From assembly GCA_963815455.1 (NCBI GenBank), contig CAWFGO010000002.1, positions 384,001-448,000 on the forward strand: a stretch of 64,000 nucleotides of DNA, written 5' to 3'. Of this stretch, positions 63,117-64,000 are shown piece by piece. The first letter of the stretch is position 1. Each line of letters begins with the position of its first letter. Source of the stretch: an uncultured Verrucomicrobiae bacterium. Lineage in GTDB: Bacteria > Verrucomicrobiota > Verrucomicrobiia > Chthoniobacterales > UBA10450. Position numbers and translations under genes: made by a program. The notes beneath the pieces were generated by a model. That model searched no databases and had not been told where the DNA came from. It was given only the letters and a program-made list of their open reading frames with translations.

Positions 63117-64000
63117 ACTTCGTGCAACGCTCCTGGCAAAGGATTAACGAATTCTTATTTCGGCCCGATACCGACAAATGGCTGACGCTACTGCGCATTG
63201 GCCTCGGCCTTGAAATTACGCTCTACTGCCTCTCGCTCCGAAACGATTGGGTGCATTTATTTGCCGGGAGCGGCAACGGTTTGATTAGCCGCGATCTGAC
63301 TGAAGCGATTTCGACGATCGACAGCCCCTGTATTCCAATTCTGAGCTGGCTGGTGGAATTGGGCAACCGGGTAGGACTGAGCGAACCATCTACGCTAACC
63401 GCGGCATGGACGCTGTTGTTTGGCGCCGGCTGTTTCCTTGTTCTCGGACTTTTTAGCCGCAGCGCGGCGGTCGCGGCCTGGTTCCTTCATCTTTGCGCAG
63501 TGAAAAGCGCGGATTTCATGGCTTATGGCATGGATAATTTCACCACCATCGGTCTTTTCTATCTGATGCTCGCGCCTTTGCCGGACGGTCTGGCGCTCGA
63601 TTCGAAGATCTGGAAAGCCCGGAAACGCGACCCGGCAATCCTGGGCTTTCATCGGCGGGTTTTGCAAATCCACATGTGCGTGATTTATTTTTTTAGTGGC
63701 CTAACGAAAGCCTTGGGGACCGGATGGTGGACCGGGGCCGCCTTGTGGCGAGCTCTCACTCGCCCACCGTTTAACATCATTTCGCCGGAACTTTTGGTGC
63801 CATGGCGACACCTTTTGCCGGCGCTGGGAATCCTCGTCTTTCTCATTGAGGTAGCGTATCCACTTTTTATCTGGCCCAAAAGGAGTCGCGCTGTCTGGAT
63901 CGGAGCAGTAGTGGGGATGCATGTCGGCATCGGAGTCATGATGGGCCTTTATCTATTTGCTCTCATCATGATTGTTCTAAACCTGGCGGCCTTCGCTCCT
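63113..64000 (+). CDS. HTTM-domain membrane protein (SdpB / vitamin K-dependent carboxylase-like), partial; not in ORF track
   Basis: Manual translation: LLRIGLG, YGMDNF, LQIHMCVIYFFSGLTKALGTGWWTG, E..YP..IW..R and HVGIGVMMGLYLF. Confidence 0.85.
   Translation, partial: MNFVQRSWQRINEFLFRPDTDKWLTLLRIGLGLEITLYCLSLRNDWVHLFAGSGNGLISRDLTEAISTIDSPCIPILSWLVELGNRVGLSEPSTLTAAWTLLFGAGCFLVLGLFSRSAAVAAWFLHLCAVKSADFMAYGMDNFTTIGLFYLMLAPLPDGLALDSKIWKARKRDPAILGFHRRVLQIHMCVIYFFSGLTKALGTGWWTGAALWRALTRPPFNIISPELLVPWRHLLPALGILVFLIEVAYPLFIWPKRSRAVWIGAVVGMHVGIGVMMGLYLFALIMIVLNLAAFAP

Overview
GC-rich bacterial chromosome segment. A Verrucomicrobiota (Chthoniobacterales/Spartobacteria-like) origin is inferred from a VPDSG-CTERM protein and overall gene content. 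Left end: alternative complex III operon (actABCDEF plus actG-like), running into a cbb3-like ccoN/ccoO/cytochrome c block whose CcoN-like subunit appears to have lost all six canonical metal-ligand histidines. Middle: housekeeping and cell-wall genes (KamA, ClC channel, ankyrin-L,D-transpeptidase, DegP, kinase-MurQ fusion, ligA, ECF sigma cluster, TerB-ABC fusion, ftsH, glgX, amidase, GT28, nagA, prepilin peptidase, tatC). At 37.8-42.1 kb there is an integron cassette array with no integrase in the window: five attC sites, a candidate attI and a possible intI stub. Several families of palindromic REP/RPE-like repeats occur between genes and also in frame inside at least six protein-coding genes. 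Right end: a secreted protein with five conserved P-[ST]-S-V-S repeats, followed by an SdpA-like protein and an HTTM/SdpB-like membrane enzyme, which is a candidate undescribed peptide-modification system. Many single-base frameshifts (actG, actC, ligA, protease, ACT protein, VPDSG protein, repeat protein) look like long-read consensus errors. All product calls come from motif recognition by eye; no database searches were run.
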